Assembly: GCA_023920165.1 (NCBI GenBank) | Contig: CP089274.1 | Span: 5,394,001 to 5,458,000 of the forward strand | Source: Curvularia clavata | Lineage: Eukaryota | Reading direction: 5' to 3' | Length of the DNA stretch: 64,000 nt | Shown here: in pieces, positions 1 through 14,315 of the stretch | Layout of the letters: the number at the start of each line of letters is the position of its first letter | Numbering within the stretch: position 1 is the first letter of the stretch | Notes under the pieces: model-generated | Database searches by the model: none | Told to the model about the DNA's origin: nothing | The model's input: the letters and a program-made list of their open reading frames with translations, nothing else | Translations under genes and position numbers: made by a program

Positions 1-3000
1 ATATGTCTTCATCTCTCCACTGCTCCAGCATTTTCCCATTTGTCTTTCCCTCTATTTCCCTTTCTTCATACCACGCACCGTCTTCCCCTTTCTCACTCAA
101 CACATCTGCTCCCCTTTCCATCAACCTGCTTCACCTTGACCCAAAACTCATCTTACCTAATACCCAAATCATTCCATCTCACCGTACATGGCGCCAGGGC
201 CAGGGCCGTGGCGTTTCGGCCTGCCGAGCGGACGGGCGGAACTCCCGCATACCTGACGCTTGTGCCGATCACCCACATGCTGCTGCTGATTTACAAGGGT
301 TTCTCATCGGTGTAAGCTTCGCAGGAGCAGCAGCGTTTTTTTTTTGTCCCACGTTTTTTCGTTTTCGTCGTTTTTCCCGTTTTGATCGCGGATTCTTTGT
401 GTTGCGCGGGGTCCCGACAGTGTGTTGAACGGTGGTGAGCGGGGAGATTACGTGCATGATGAGCGTGGGGGAAGGTGCGTGCGAAGGAGAAGGATGTGTG
501 GGGGAGAAGGGGGGTTGCGTGATTGCTTATTGAGTGGGGGAGGGGAAGTGCTGTATGTGTGTGTGCTTTTGACAAGAAAGTATAATGCTCTTCTATGACG
601 TTTTGTTGTTCAAAGATGCCGTATTGTTATGGCGGACCGGATTGGGGCTACGACTTCACTGGCTTCCGCTGACGCGTGGTATCAGTGCGCGATTAACAAA
701 TCAACGTTGTGTCTTCTGGTATCAAGAGTCGAATGAAATCTTTAGATTCATCCAGCATTAACTAGATGCAGGCATTTTGTAATACCTATCTCGAGATGTG
801 CTACAAAATACTATTTGTGTTGAGATAGATAGCTGACAATGTTACATTTAGGCTATATCAGATGCCAATAGTAACATTTGGTTGACAGAGCAGATGGTGT
901 GCTGATAAAGCTGCTTTCAATGAAGCTTAAGTCAGCATCCATGTGTCTTTCCGATTCAAGTTCCTGGCATAGAACTGGAGCCTCTGCTTGTGATGTTTCA
1001 CCGCCTCGGCTCTCGGAAACATGGTTTACTCAAATCTTTAGGAAACAGTGAAAAAAACAAGCTCTCCACAGTTGCGTGCTTGACGACGCGACTCAACGTC
1101 ACTATGGGTCTCATGCTACGGGTACAGCAGCCACATGGCTCAAGGGTACAGACAATGGCCCTTGTATCACGCCTGCATACCCAGAAAAGCTCCGCACAGC
1201 CAAAGTAACCTTGAGAAACAAGGCGTCCAAGGCGTGTCATGTCAGACCAGGCAACTTCCTTGCACCGCGTGAGAAGGTTCGTCACGCCAAGTGACGGTAG
1301 CAAGCAAAAGAGGGAGAGAGGATTTGCAAACTACGACCGCGGAGCATACTCGGTCAGGAACCCGATCTCGCTGGCTCAACTATGCCACCGACACCCACAG
1401 AGCTGGGACCTCCCAGCTCAGCACACAGCAAAACCCTCGCACGTGTGGCTTGTAAGCCCGTATACGCACAGTGACCCTTTTAAAGCACTTGCCGCGGTGT
1501 TTTCTCATCCGACATCAGACCCCTCTGCTTGCGAAGTTACATCTACAGCCATGTATTGGCTCATCGTCCTAGCCGTCATACATATCTGCTCCACCCATCT
1601 AATCTACTTTGGCGAATGGATACGTAACTGGGACGCCTTGACCCACAGGTCAGGACAGGGAAGCACATGCTATCTGCCAAGTTAGGCAGCCTTTGTCCTG
1701 TTTGAGAGACCAGAACAGGCGGCAACAGACTCTCTGAGTGCCGGTGCCCTAGTCAGGTGGGGTAGCGCTGCGAGCGTGGGGGCTGAGGTGATGCTGTCAG
1801 GGTTGGGACAACAGGTTCTTGTGATGAATTGCGTCAGGGAGTGTATATCGTATCCGTTCGAGTCCTAAGATCGACGATCGAGGACAGTAAATGAAGTCAA
1901 TCGATACCCGCTTCCATCCGATGCAGGGCGACTGGACACGACGTGTACATGTTTCCCTAGATCCTTTGGCCCAGCCCGATGTTTGTGCAGCAGCACGCGG
2001 CGCGGAACAGGAAACAGTTACCGGCCCGTAGTGGAGATCCGCGAACGAACCGGGCCGTGGAGGCGTTGGTTCGCGCGCCGCGCGCGCGTGAACTGCACGT
2101 CCAACCTCACCCACCACGCATCCTTTTGACGCACAAACAACATGCACCCTCGCAAGCCCTGCTCCTGATTCCCGGGATTGGGGCCTCTGATGCGTAAATA
2201 CGGACAAGTCGAGTTATGTATGGGGCTTATCCGCCGCTACATACACACGCATGCATGTCTCAGCCACCCTGTTGTTCCAGTCCCACTGAGGAAGGCAGTA
2301 AAGAACGGCCTTTTCCTCCATCTTTTGCGCCCCCCTTCCCGGGTCCAGAACTGGTGCAGGGAACGCTAACCCCTGTTGACGCTACGTACGAAGACTAATC
2401 CTCAGGTGGCCTATGTTTAGGGGCGTAATGTGGCGCGGAGCCACCCGCACGTTTCCCTAACGCTTGGGCAGGGCGTAAAGCGGGAGAGGCGCGAAGGAAC
2501 TTTTTCCACTGCAATCGAGTGGAGGGAGAGGAAGAGTAGGAGTGGGTAGGTGAGTGGGAGAGAACCTGCAAGCCGATTACTTGTGCCATCGCATCAAGAA
2601 AGACATGAATGTAATCACAAATTCTCACTTGCTGCAGAAAATGCAAACTGTGGGCTGGAAACCCTTGGGGGAGAAAAAATTACCCCAACACTTGCCTAGG
2701 CGAGTTGTTGCTGCTGCTTCTCGTGACAAAGTGCTAATAGGTAGGTAGCCAGTCCGCGGGCCCTCGTCCAACTGCTGCACAGCAGTCTCCCCAAGTCACC
2801 TTTGCAAGCGCCGGGCCCAAAAAAGTACTTCACAAACCTCGTCAATCACATCGCTGCATTCGCCGACAAATGCCAACCGTACCCAAACTGCCGGGTAAAA
2901 AGGCCATCTTACGAGCACACCCCCAGGGCCTACGTGGGCTGTTTAATCCTGGCCAACTTTGGGGGCCTGAATTCCCAGTGGGGCGGGGTCAACTCACAGC

Positions 3001-3777
3001 CGCATGTGCGTCTTTCTAAAGCAAGGCATATTGCGTAGATTGCGTGAGAGAAGGCCCTTTTTTGTTGCTTTTTGGCCATGCCATGTTGCTGTGGAGACTA
3101 TCAATACACTTCTGAGAGTCTTGAATGGGCACTGTCTCCAGCATCGCTGTGGCGTTTTTTTTTTTTTTTTTGCATAGGCTTTCTGGGCGACTTGAGCATG
3201 CAACGGCGGACGGTAAGTGGGGAGAAGCGAGTCTAGTAAAGTAAGGTAAGATGATGTCGGACGGTGCTAAAAGGGAGCTAAGACGTGCAGAAAGGGAAAG
3301 GAAGACGGAGGCAAGTCCAGGAAGGGTAATTCATAGCGAATTGTGTCACTGTTGCATGACATGCAGACTTACAACCATCCCAGGTTAGAGTCCCTTTTTT
3401 TAAAATTATCATTTGGGTCTTTTAATATCTCTAAGCGCATCTATGAAGTCGCCTGGTTGGCTGGAACGAAAGAAAAGGAAGAACGGAAAAGGGCTCTGCT
3501 ACTGCATGCCGCGGCGTGGCGTGGCCGAGTGAATAACTAATCTTCTCTGAATAATGTACAGGTGGTGGGTGCAGCGACTTGGGTAGGTCTCAACAAACAT
3601 TGCTCATTCCTCCGCTACCGAGACAGTGGAACCAGTGTTAGAAGGAATTACTCGCTTGATGCAATCGAGAAGTGTATTTACCGTGAACCGCGTCTATGGT
3701 ATCGAGAAAAAAGCGTAGAAAATTCCCTAATAGAGTGACAACATGCGACATGATCTTTTCCGCACTCTCCTGAAACA

Positions 3778-5305
3778 TCATACAGTGTTAACACGCACTC
3801 TGCTATGCGTCGTCCGTGAAGAAGCCATGCGACGCTTGACACTTTCCGGTGCAACAGCCATTGTGATCCTAAATGTGTCTCTAACGCGCGTCCTAAGCGA
3901 AGCCTCCATGGAGAGATGCACGCCGCTCTTGATGTCCAATTCGGCTGGGCCGCCGCATGTGCTACCATGCCGACAGTAGCGCTCTGCAAACTTGTCAATG
4001 AGTTTCTCGATTCTGCATAGTTCGGCGAGGACCAGGTTGGTGCGATGGGCGCACTCGGCCTCTGTGTCTAAAGCACGTGGCTGTGTGTAGATTTCCATTT
4101 GTGTTTCCAGTGAAAGCGGTAGACTGCGATGGTGATCGTGGGCTCGTGCAATGGCCTGGAACCACGAGAGGATTTTTGTAATGGTGAGGCTGATGGTGGC
4201 TGAGAAATGAGGATTTGACGTGCAGTCGCAGTTGAGTAACGCATACAAATTGTCGACTGCGGCTTTGTTGGTGGATAGGATACTCTCGAGAGACGGGGAG
4301 CCATCCGTTGTGCTGGTGAAGCTGCCCGCGGGAGCCTGGAGCGCAGGAGGTGCATACAGATTATTCAATGTCTGGAAAGCTGATAATGTACAGTCATGGC
4401 CGGACGAACTGGCCGAAGCTGGAGGCGTTGGCAAAGGCGCTAGCATTGGTGAAGATGAATCCAGTGCCTTTTCTTGTGATGCGAACATGTTGTGTGGCAT
4501 ACCAAGGAACTGCTGACTCGTGTTTGGGGAAGGGTGTTGTGCGTGCAGTGATGGATAGATCTCAGACTGGCTCCGCATACTCGTGGGAGGCGCATGTCCA
4601 TGTACAGGAGTGTGTTGCTGTGAAAGTTGTTGTGGCAGGGGAACAAGCACATCCGTTTGGTTTCCATACATCATGTGCTCATCGTTAGGCCATGCACTGA
4701 CGAGCGAGACCGCACCTTCCGAGCATGCTGGCGATCGACTACCACTGAAGGTGTTGGCGATAAAACCGTCTTGATAGTTAAACTCCGGCGTACTGGGACC
4801 AAAGAAGAAAGGGTCTGTTGGCTCTGGTGAGCTCTCATAGGCATGAGAGGTGGTGCGTGGAATGAGATCGAATCTAGCCCCTAGGGGTCCATAGGAGCCA
4901 ACGGGTGATACCTCACGTTTCACCGTTCCATCCAGATTCCTGTGCTTGCGCGGTTTGCCCAATCTATGCCTGGTGAGCACCAAATCGTGTCGGATGGGTA
5001 GATTGCATACCTCATGGACGGCGAGTAGTTGCAGCCAATGTTCATGGTGCCGCATCGTTGACAAGTAGGTCTTACTTTATCACATTTGACCTGTATTTTG
5101 TTAACGAAGCAAGGACGACCAGATGGCTGATAGGCTATACTTTAGCACGAGAGCATGCATCGCACGAAGCTCTCATCTTTCGAGGCTTCTGACTGTCCTT
5201 CGAGACGGCGGATGACATGGTGTTCTCTGACCCGATGGCGATATTCTTCATCTCCTGTGATGATGACTGGTGGGGAGGGTAGGCGTGGACTGGAATCTGT
5301 AGCAT
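3778..5305 (-). CDS. Zn(II)2Cys6 transcription factor with AflR-like C-terminal region (3 exons)
   Basis: Exons 5305-5141, 5090-5011 and 4963-3778 join in frame through GT-AG introns. They give KMRASCDACSRAK|VKCDKVRPTCQRCGTMNIGCNYSPSMR|LGKPR, a complete six-cysteine binuclear cluster. The C-terminal ILSTNKAAVDNLYALLNCDCTSNPH resembles the AflR-family domain. Confidence 0.88.
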
Positions 5306-7816
5306 TGTGTGTCGATTGGTAATGTGACCGGGGAACGAATACACCGAGCTTTTAAGTAGCAGGCGGTTTTATATAGAACGACGGTTGCTAACGAAGAACT
5401 CCAGTCCCAACTAGGATTGATACGGAAGTGATCGCAGCTGGATCCGGTGCACAGGAGGCGTATATGCGACCCTTACTGGTGGATGGTAGGATAGGCGTCA
5501 AGCTGATGCTTGGGTGCACAGGGGCAAGGATTGGTGCAGCCGTAGAGGGTGGACGTGCTTGAGATGGGGCTGAAGGCTTACATGACCAGTTACTTGACTT
5601 CATCTAGTCTAGTACGGCCCAGAAAGGATGTAAACCCAAACGAACGCTTGGGTATTGCTAGTGGTGAGGATGGGGAATATGACGTGCACGTCTTGGTGTC
5701 ACTGGACCCTCACACATTTACCACTCTCGAGATACATTGGTGATCATCTTACAGCATCAGGCGTGCGCTTGGATCGACAAAACACAACCTAGCTCTACCG
5801 TGCCATACTGGCGGGACGCAGTGAGGCTCGGCAACCTGGTTTTGTGGTGAAGAGAGAATAGCCGGATGGTAGAATAAATTACCTCCACGAAGGTGACACC
5901 GAGCGGGTCGCCGTCTGGTATGCTGCCTCGGAATTCTACAGTAGCTAGACTTGTCGATTCAGCCCCTGCTGCATGTCATAGTCATTTGCACTCGATCCCA
6001 TCACTCAATGAGTGCAAACGGTTTCTAGCGCTGACTTGGCTTGTTTAATCCGCTGTACAGAAAGGGTAGCGCTGGCCTATCTTTACCGCAGAACCAGCTG
6101 AGGAGTCTCGATCTTCTGGCTTATCACACAGTTGGTAAGATATTCGGTGTGCATGCTACACAAACGCATGTCAGTCAACGTCTAGTAGCTTCTAGGGCTG
6201 AAGTTAAGTAGGACAAGTCGCACACAACGATCCGCCCGTTGGAGAAACAGTCATGGCGCAGAAAACCGGTCAGATACTGTGTTCGCTCCATAGATCTTTT
6301 TTCAGCATACTAGACCAAGGCTGTACAAACGGTGGGATCCGCTCCATTGTGCAGGGATCGAACGACAGGCCTTGCCAGGGTTTCGTTGGAGCGGGCCGAT
6401 CGTGCGCAAGTGCTGCGCACTCACAGAGATAGGTTGTACGCTCCACCACTGTTGGCCTTGCGACATCCTGGGCTTGAATTTTCCAATATCCCAGTACAGC
6501 GGTGTCGTCGCCGACAAAGCTCCGTCCTGGCTGCAACCTACTAGGTAACACCTACGCTCAGCCTCATGGTGCAAGGCAGAGCATATTGGAAGCCCCAGTA
6601 TTTGAGGCTGTGGCATTCTGAACACTCGCAACGAATTTCGAAAGTGTACCGATCTCTATTTGAGGCTTTCGAATGAATGACATCTGATCTTGGATATGAG
6701 GAAGTAGTGGCTAACATGTCCAGATGGATTGAGTGGAGGGACGTATGCGGGTAGCCGCCCGTCCTCTCCCGCTGCCGGACGCGCCAAAGCTTGGCCACCC
6801 ACACGACGTTACATTCGTTAACTTCTTAAGCCTCTAGCCCCCAGCTCTAGAACCACGACTCAATAGATGAATCTAGTACCAAACGACTCAGGAACCTGCC
6901 AGGTGCGGCAGAAATTTGACGATAGAGCGTCCAGATCCTTGGAGCCGAGGACAGTGTCCAACACAAGCGAACGATCGATCCCTGTCTGCGCAAATTCGCA
7001 GGCAAGGCGTACTCCGGGCCCATGTTGCAGGCTTCACATCTCATTTTCCTGTTTCCTGGTATAAGACAAGTTTTCCTATGCAGTATGGTATGGTCCGTAT
7101 CATGACGACAGGGTTTTGTTGCACAGCAACCTGTTGTCACGCGATGTATGTCCTATACAGTTCAAAGCACTTGAGGGCGTCCCGTGAAGGCAGGGTCGGA
7201 TAGGTATCCAGAGCGTCGGCTGAAAACTTCGTTTGGGTTGCCACGCAAAGGTGAGTTACCGAGGCCGTGGAAAGAAAACACCTCCCTACTCCTCTCAAAT
7301 GTGGGCGTTAGCAGCAAGGGTTTCAGGCCAATTGCAATCGATGCGTATACGCATGAGTAGACAGCACACAACCGAGAAAAGCACTTATTGAGTCTAGATG
7401 CATGAGTTGCACCGGATGTATTTGTACCCGGAGCTACTTATGTACTCATATGCTGCTATACCCGTTCTAAGATAGTGATTAACTTTGCATGTCCTGCCAT
7501 GAAATATCAATTCAGAGGATAAAAAAAAGCACTTCAGCACGCGACATAGCTCCACAACTCGGTGAAAGTCTACTCCAGCATATTCAGGGATCATAATTGT
7601 GCGAGTGTAGTGCCCCTACCATAACCTGATCCTCGGGATCCCGTCTTCGCACTTCGTATTCTTCTCCTAATGTGGGCGACCGGGCTCTCTTCGAGATCAC
7701 GAAATATGCAAGCATATTCCGAAGAGTGTTACAAAAAGAGTGCGAGAATTTTGGATTCGTACGCTCTCCTTTACCATTTTGCCTCGCTTGAGCTCTGATT
7801 ACAGACATGGATGGTT

Positions 7817-10800
7817 TTAACTACGTGAGCCTGTCTTTGAGTCTGAAAGTACGTCGAAGAGCACCGTCTTTGGATCGTGGTAGACATCCGCTTTGAGAAA
7901 TTCCCTCGCAATTCGTTCCTGAAAAAAAGATTCAGATCATTCTGTCCCATGGAAGAGCGCACTTACTGCTTCCTCGAGCTCGGCGATTTCTTCTTCTGGT
8001 ACCGGACAGCATGCTGAAACGAGATCTTCGCCCCGTGCTGAAAGGAGTATGAGGTTTTCTGCGCGCTGTACGATCTCAGAAGGGACGCCATTCATAGCAG
8101 CACAGCTTATAGCAGGATTAGCATTGCCATGGCAGAGACTGTTATATAGACTCACCATGTGCCAAAACTTGACGTGCTCCGACCATTACGGAAGCTGGCC
8201 ATAGTTAGTACTCAATTCATCGTGTCAAAAGGCCATTGTTACTTGTATAAGTAAGTGATCTGATCACTGACTTCTTGTGCTTCGGTGTCGACTCGTACTT
8301 CCATGTATCCAAACCCAAGCGCAGGCCGAGGTATAAGTAGACTCATCTCGAATATTTCTAGGCCTGTCAGAGACTATTGTAGCAGGATGATATTCACTAA
8401 CCATGAAAATGTGTGGCTCCGATGACCTTTGGCTTTTTACTGCCTAAGTTTAACAAGTACTCCATGACCGCACAAGCTAAACCAGCTCCGTCACTTGGTG
8501 CAGTGCCTTTGCCAAACTCATCTATAATGAGAAGGCTTCGACGTGTGGCTAGGCTCAAAGCAAGCGAAATTTGCTGCAAGTCAATCATGAAAGCGCTTTG
8601 GAAGCAAGATACCGTCTCGCGCGTGGTGACCCGGGACAGGATTTTGTCTGTCAATCCAATGCTTGCGGCATCTGCCGGCACAAAACTTCCGATATGTGCC
8701 ATATAAACGATCAAGGCAACCTGCTTCAGATACACACTCTTTCCTGAGTAGTTGGGGCCAGTCAGTATGAGCATACTCGGGCTGTCGTCGTGCGCATACG
8801 TTTGGCCAGAGGTTGAGCTGCTTGATAAATCTTCGTCGCCCTCTCCTCCTCTTAGCCTAGTCTCATTCGCAACAAAGGAAGATACCAGGAGCTCTTGTAG
8901 GATATGACTGTTGATGTCAGTGACGACCTCATGCATATCTGATCATGCAACCTACCGTCCACCTTGGATGCGTATAATGTTTTCATGGGTCATCTGAGGG
9001 CGGCAAAGTCTATAAATCTTTGCGCCCTGCGCCAAAGCCAGCAGACTGTCGAGCTCTCCACATATGTCGGAGCAGGTAGTCAAGAGCTCTTCATACTGGA
9101 GCAAATACTGAGCTAATTCATGGCTAATCTCGATCTCGCGATCTGATATGATTCCATAAACGTCGCCAAAGTGTTCGTCCATTTCTCGTGTCTCGCTGTT
9201 CTTGAAATATACTTGCTCTTCGGTAGCAAACATCCTCTCCCAAGGATACTCGAGATCGCCATAGTAGACTGCATCGCCTATATCTGGATCAATTGGCGTC
9301 GTACATAGAAATCCGATCTGAGGAAAGTAAACCACGTTCAAGGTGGCGCCTGGTTCAGTCAGTCTCTGATCTTCATTCATATTTTCCTGGATAGCTTCTC
9401 CTTGGTAAAAGTTAAATTACTCACGCAGATTGGAAGGCATGTTCTCTGACAATTTCCGTGCAACCTGGTTCAAAAGGTCATCAAGGCTATCAAGCGTCAA
9501 TCTCATTTGGTCTAGCTCTTCGTCGATACCGGGCATGATAATAGTGCGGTCGTGCTCTTGTGAACTTTTTAAGTCGATGGTCTCGCTAACCTTTCGTCCG
9601 ATCTGGGCTAGGTGGTAACCTTCAAACTTTTCGAATATCTACAGCAATCAACAATGAGGCCAGATTGTGATTGAATCAACAAGCGTTTCCAGACGTATAT
9701 GGCGTTTGCTTACCTTGTTTCGGATATCCAGGGTTTCCCCACAGAGCACGTCCTGGAGCGTGTCTTTGATCTTGAGGGCATAGAATGCAAACTACATATC
9801 AAAATGAGTTCATTGAATTAAGTCAATATAGAAATAACTCCTTTATACTTACTGCTCGGATGGATGCCCATATACTTTTGGCAAATCCTATCTTCCCTCT
9901 GGTGGAGCTGCTTACTCCTTTCCTAAGATTGACCATGATGATGCGCATGTTGGAAATATTTTTGAGGTTATGCACAAGTGCGTGTAGCGCCGAGTCGTTC
10001 TCTGGACGAGTGAAGACACTTACAGTATCTAGCCTCTCGTTGATGACATCCAGATTCAAACTAGGGCGCAGAAATTGCTGCCTCAGCAAAAGCCTTCCTT
10101 GGGGTGTTCGTGCTAGATGATGAAATAGGCCATATACAGAGAGACCCTCCTTATCACCCGAGCTGGCCTTAGTTGGGCCCTTGTTATGCGAATGTGGATG
10201 CGATTCGGCACCCATGATCTGAAGGGAGTGAAGAGAGTCGTTGTTGATGAACATGGTCTCGCAGAGAGTGAACATTTCTAGTTTCGAGATGCGAAACATG
10301 AGATCTGCCGAACGATCACCTGGAAGAAAGGCAGCAGTGCGTCGACGTTGCAGGTACGACAACAGTGCCCCAGCACAGCCAACCTGTCTATTCTTAGCAA
10401 AGGCTATAGAATTGCACGACGTACCAGTACCGTTGAACGGCTCTCGAGGTCAATCCAACCAGCAAGTCGAAGAAGTTGCGCCTGCTGGCTGACCGGATGA
10501 TCTCTGTCTGGATAGCCAACAGTAGCAAGCTCTCCTGGAATGTTGAACTCGATATGGGTGCCATTCTGGTCTCCAAAACGAAGGGCTGCAAGTTTTTTCA
10601 TCCCAGAATCATGACTAAATTCGCTGGGTGGTCTCACTTGGAGCAGAAACGGGAGGCGAAATTGGTCATTATCGCCACTCACAGACCCGCCGCTCTTGAA
10701 GTCAGGGTCTAAGCAATCAACAACTCTGTCGTCAATCCTGGTAGAGACTAGGATAACTGTAGGATCGATATACACTCTCACTTGACACGGTAAGCAAAAC

Positions 10801-11232
10801 TGCGACATGCTAATCAATGAAGCACTTACAGGAGTCGACAACGTCAACATTACCACACTGTATATCTTCCATGAAATATAGCCTTTCCTCTCTTGCAGCA
10901 TAGTAGCAACAGCCCACTGTTCCGCCTGTGGTCAAATCGACCGCCATGATGACTTCATTTAAGAAGTCGTCGTTTTCATCAGTATGCTGATACGATTCCG
11001 AAGGCGCATCGAGGGATGTGTCGTCCGGAAACGGGCCTCTACGGATGCGAGCCGCGGGCTTGTCTCGTTCGGAACGGGTTGTTGAAGTTGTCTGTACGGA
11101 AGAGGTATGTGAGGTAGTGGTGGCTGTATCACGATTGCGATGCGGGTTACTCCGCCGATTGCTGTTCGAGGTAGCGACACTACGAGCGCCTTTACGCTGA
11201 TACGAAGCCTTGAAAGGACGGTGGCGTGCCAT
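7817..11232 (-). CDS. MSH5: MutS homolog 5 (meiotic crossover protein), multi-exon
   Basis: MutS ATPase motifs [52 protein letters not shown] and ATHFH are present, along with the MSH5-like [11 protein letters not shown] and [10 protein letters not shown]. About 9 canonical GT-AG introns join the ORF pieces. The final exon ends ...KTGSRS* at 7817. Confidence 0.93.
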
Positions 11233-11498
11233 AGCTACGTGTGACGGTGGTGTTGCAAGCTGATGGAAGTGGGGGACAATGAGCAGAAAGGCATGGGTAC
11301 GAAAGGGAAGTGGCAGCAGCGTGCCTGCCTGTCACGACAAACATGAACACCAACATGAGCAGGGTATATTTGCCATTATTTCAATCTACATGGAGAAAAG
11401 AGATTTTCACCTACAAACGCCGACGATGCTACATTATACATATGCAGTGATATGATCTAAATCTGTTATACAGTCATGTCCTCATTAGTCATGCAGCA

Positions 11499-13874
11499 TC
11501 AAGCTGCGGCGGAAACAGTGAGACCTGTACCACCTTCTTTGATGGAAACGATAGCCTTATCGCCACTGCGGATTTCACCGCGAATCAATTTGTCCGCCAG
11601 ACTGTTACCAATCTCTTTGGCAATGAGCCTGTTCAATGGACGCGCGCCGAACTTTGGATCGTATCCTCGGTCACACAGCCATTGCTTAGCCTCGTCTGGG
11701 CAATCAAGAACAATTCTGCGGTCATCTAGTCGCTGTTGAAGCTCTTTCAGGCGTATGTCGACAATGTCTCTGAGAGCTTCTCGAGACAGACGACGGAAAA
11801 CGATGAATTCGTCAAGGCGATTGAGGAACTCAGGTGGGTACGTAGCAGCGACAACATCCATGACGGCACTGCGTACTGCCGGTGAGATTTCGCTCGAGTC
11901 TTTGTTAACCGAGTGTATGGCGTCGTCACCGACAATGATGTCAGCTCCAAGGTTGGATGTCATGACGATGATGGTGTTGCGGAAGTCGACCTTGTGACCC
12001 TGTGCATCAGTAAGGAAACCTTCATCAAGAACCTGAAGCAGCAAGGTCGAAATGTCCTTGTGGGCCTTCTCCCATTCATCAAACAGGAGAACAGCATACG
12101 GCTTTCGTCGCACAGCTTCAGTAAGCTGACCAGCATCTTCGTATCCGACGTAGCCAGCAGGGGAACCAATGAGACGCGACACGGTGTGTTTCTCACTAAA
12201 CTCGCTCATGTCGAAACGGATCACGGCTTGCGGTGTGCTGAAGAGATATTCTGCGAGTCTCTTACAAACCTCAGTCTTTCCTACACCAGTCGGGCCCAAC
12301 ATCATAAAGGAGGCGATGGGTCTGTTCTCGCCAGACAGGCCAGCTCTTTGGAGACGAATAGCATTTGCGACCGCTGTCAAAGCCTCATCCTGGCCCTTGA
12401 CATACTGACGCAGGGTGTCCTCCATGTGGATGAGCTTCTCGCTCTCTCCAGAGTTGAGCTTGGACAATGGGATACCAGTTGTGCGAGAGACTACAGCCGC
12501 GATATCGTCTGCCGTCACCGAGTCATGCAACAAGGAGCCTTGGCGGTTGGCTCCTGCCGTCACCTCCTCATCCTTGGGAAGCTTTTGTTCCAGCTCTGGG
12601 ATCCTGCTGTATTGCAGCTCTCCAGCCTTGGCAAAGTTGCCCTCGCGGCGAGCTTGCTCAAGCTCGAGCTTTGCCCGTTCGAGGTTCTCCTGTGCATTCT
12701 TGATTGCATCGAGTTCTTCTCGCTCCTTCTCCCACTTCTCGGTCAACCCTTTTACTTCTTCCTGCTTCTGCTTCAATGTCTCCTCAAGGCGTTCGCGCCG
12801 CTCCTTGCTGGCAATATCGGTCTCCTTGCGGAGCGATTCCAACTCAATCTGAATAGTCATGATCTGGCGGTCGAGTTCCTGGATTGCATCTGGCTTGCTT
12901 TCTTGCTGCAGACGCAAGGCACTGGCGGCCTCATCTACCAGGTCGATAGCTTTGTCGGGAAGGAAGCGGTCGGTGATGTATCGGTTGCTGTATGAAGCGG
13001 CGGCGACCAAAGCATTATCGGTAATGCGCACACCGTGATGAACCTCGTATCGCTCCTTAATACCACGGAGGATAGAGATTGTGTCTTGAACCGTGGGTTC
13101 GCCAACAATAATAGGCTGGAATCGTCTCGCAAGAGCGGCGTCTTTCTCGATCTGGCGGTACTCGTTCAATGTCGTTGCTCCGCAGAGCTGCAGCTCTCCA
13201 CGGCTGAGCGCGGGCTTGAGGAGGTTGCTGGCGTCGATGCTGCCCTCTGCCTTACCCAGACCTAGCAAGGTGTGTAGTTCGTCCACAAACAAGATAACAC
13301 CCTTGTTGGCCTCTTCGACTTCCTTCAATACACTCTTCAGCCTCTCTTCGAAATCGCCCCGGAACTTTGCACCGGCGATGAGAGAGCCGAGGTCGAGGGA
13401 GATGACGCGCTTCTCCTGTATTGATTCAGGCACATCGCCCTTGACGATGCGCTGGGCTAGGCCTTCGAGGATGGCGGTCTTGCCCGTTCCCGCCTTGCCG
13501 ATCAAGACAGGATTGTTCTTGGTTCGTCGCGACAAAATCTGGATTGTGCGCTGTATTTCGCCATCGCGTCCAATGACCGGATCTAACTTGCCATCTCGCG
13601 CACGCGCTGTGAGGTCTATTCCATATTGCTCCAACGCAGGCTTCTCTGGCTCACCACCGAGGTTCATGCGGTGTGTGCCACCAGGAGGATGAGGTCGGCC
13701 TCCGTTCGCATATCCTCGACTGGACACCAGCGGCCGCAGAAGTCTGTGCTGCTGGACGGATGGTGCTGCCGATGGGCTGAAGCATAACGGAGATGTGCGA
13801 ACGGGAAGCGCTCGTGCGAGGGAGGATGGGGATGTGATGCGCCTTGCGGCTATACGTGCTCTACTTGTTAGCAT
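11499..13874 (-). CDS. HSP78: Mitochondrial ClpB-family disaggregase Hsp78 (intronless)
   Basis: Two AAA+ modules ([16 protein letters not shown]) with the ClpB motifs [32 protein letters not shown] and GARPL. The N-terminus is an Arg/Ser-rich presequence and lacks a Clp N-domain. The first ATG is at 13874. Confidence 0.95.
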   Translation of the reverse strand: MLTSRARIAARRITSPSSLARALPVRTSPLCFSPSAAPSVQQHRLLRPLVSSRGYANGGRPHPPGGTHRMNLGGEPEKPALEQYGIDLTARARDGKLDPVIGRDGEIQRTIQILSRRTKNNPVLIGKAGTGKTAILEGLAQRIVKGDVPESIQEKRVISLDLGSLIAGAKFRGDFEERLKSVLKEVEEANKGVILFVDELHTLLGLGKAEGSIDASNLLKPALSRGELQLCGATTLNEYRQIEKDAALARRFQPIIVGEPTVQDTISILRGIKERYEVHHGVRITDNALVAAASYSNRYITDRFLPDKAIDLVDEAASALRLQQESKPDAIQELDRQIMTIQIELESLRKETDIASKERRERLEETLKQKQEEVKGLTEKWEKEREELDAIKNAQENLERAKLELEQARREGNFAKAGELQYSRIPELEQKLPKDEEVTAGANRQGSLLHDSVTADDIAAVVSRTTGIPLSKLNSGESEKLIHMEDTLRQYVKGQDEALTAVANAIRLQRAGLSGENRPIASFMMLGPTGVGKTEVCKRLAEYLFSTPQAVIRFDMSEFSEKHTVSRLIGSPAGYVGYEDAGQLTEAVRRKPYAVLLFDEWEKAHKDISTLLLQVLDEGFLTDAQGHKVDFRNTIIVMTSNLGADIIVGDDAIHSVNKDSSEISPAVRSAVMDVVAATYPPEFLNRLDEFIVFRRLSREALRDIVDIRLKELQQRLDDRRIVLDCPDEAKQWLCDRGYDPKFGARPLNRLIAKEIGNSLADKLIRGEIRSGDKAIVSIKEGGTGLTVSAAA

Positions 13875-14315
13875 TGTGGCATAGGATTTCAGAATACGAG
13901 CAGATTCAGGTGGGAGCAAGCCGGAGCGGGCATGTTATATTCGTAAATGGATGGCGCGAAGACCGGCTTGGGCGAAAATGCGGGTTGCTTCGATGAGCTT
14001 CTACGTCTACCAATGGCGCGTCAGACTGACGACGGCGCGAGTCCTACAGACAAATCCCACGAGCAGGATGAGAACGATGAAGCCGGGGGGGGCGACAGCA
14101 CTAACGGGCAGGCTTGGGCTGCCTCGGAGGCCACGAGTGGTTTTGGGAGCATAGTGAACGGTGCCCCTCGATCATGGTCGAGGACGGCTAGCGCGGGGCC
14201 GTGCGTCCGAAAGCAATCTCCTCCCAGCCCCAGGCTTCAAAAAAACTTTGACTCCTCCTTCAACCACATCTCTTCGATTCTTTTCTTCCATTACACACAA
14301 TTCATTCCTGCAAAC

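Noticed and set aside
188..320. GC-rich exon-like stretch ending in GTAAGC, with slight similarity to paralog B exon 2
   Set aside because: The similarity is short and frame-inconsistent, and no coherent gene model can be built at the window edge.
1871..1881. TCG-N5-CGA palindrome (AflR-type site)
   Set aside because: It is a single short motif expected by chance, with no clear target gene.
11913..12995. 360-aa antisense ORF over HSP78 (and similar shadow ORFs over HIR1, the MFS gene, KAP114 and 36176-37417)
   Set aside because: These are explained by the codon bias of the real gene on the other strand or frame, and show no protein-like motifs.
13947..14315. 123-codon in-frame upstream extension of EF-1beta
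   Set aside because: It spans the HSP78/EFB1 divergent promoter. The conserved start is MGFTDL in a good context after a CT-rich leader, so the upstream ATG probably lies 5' of the TSS.
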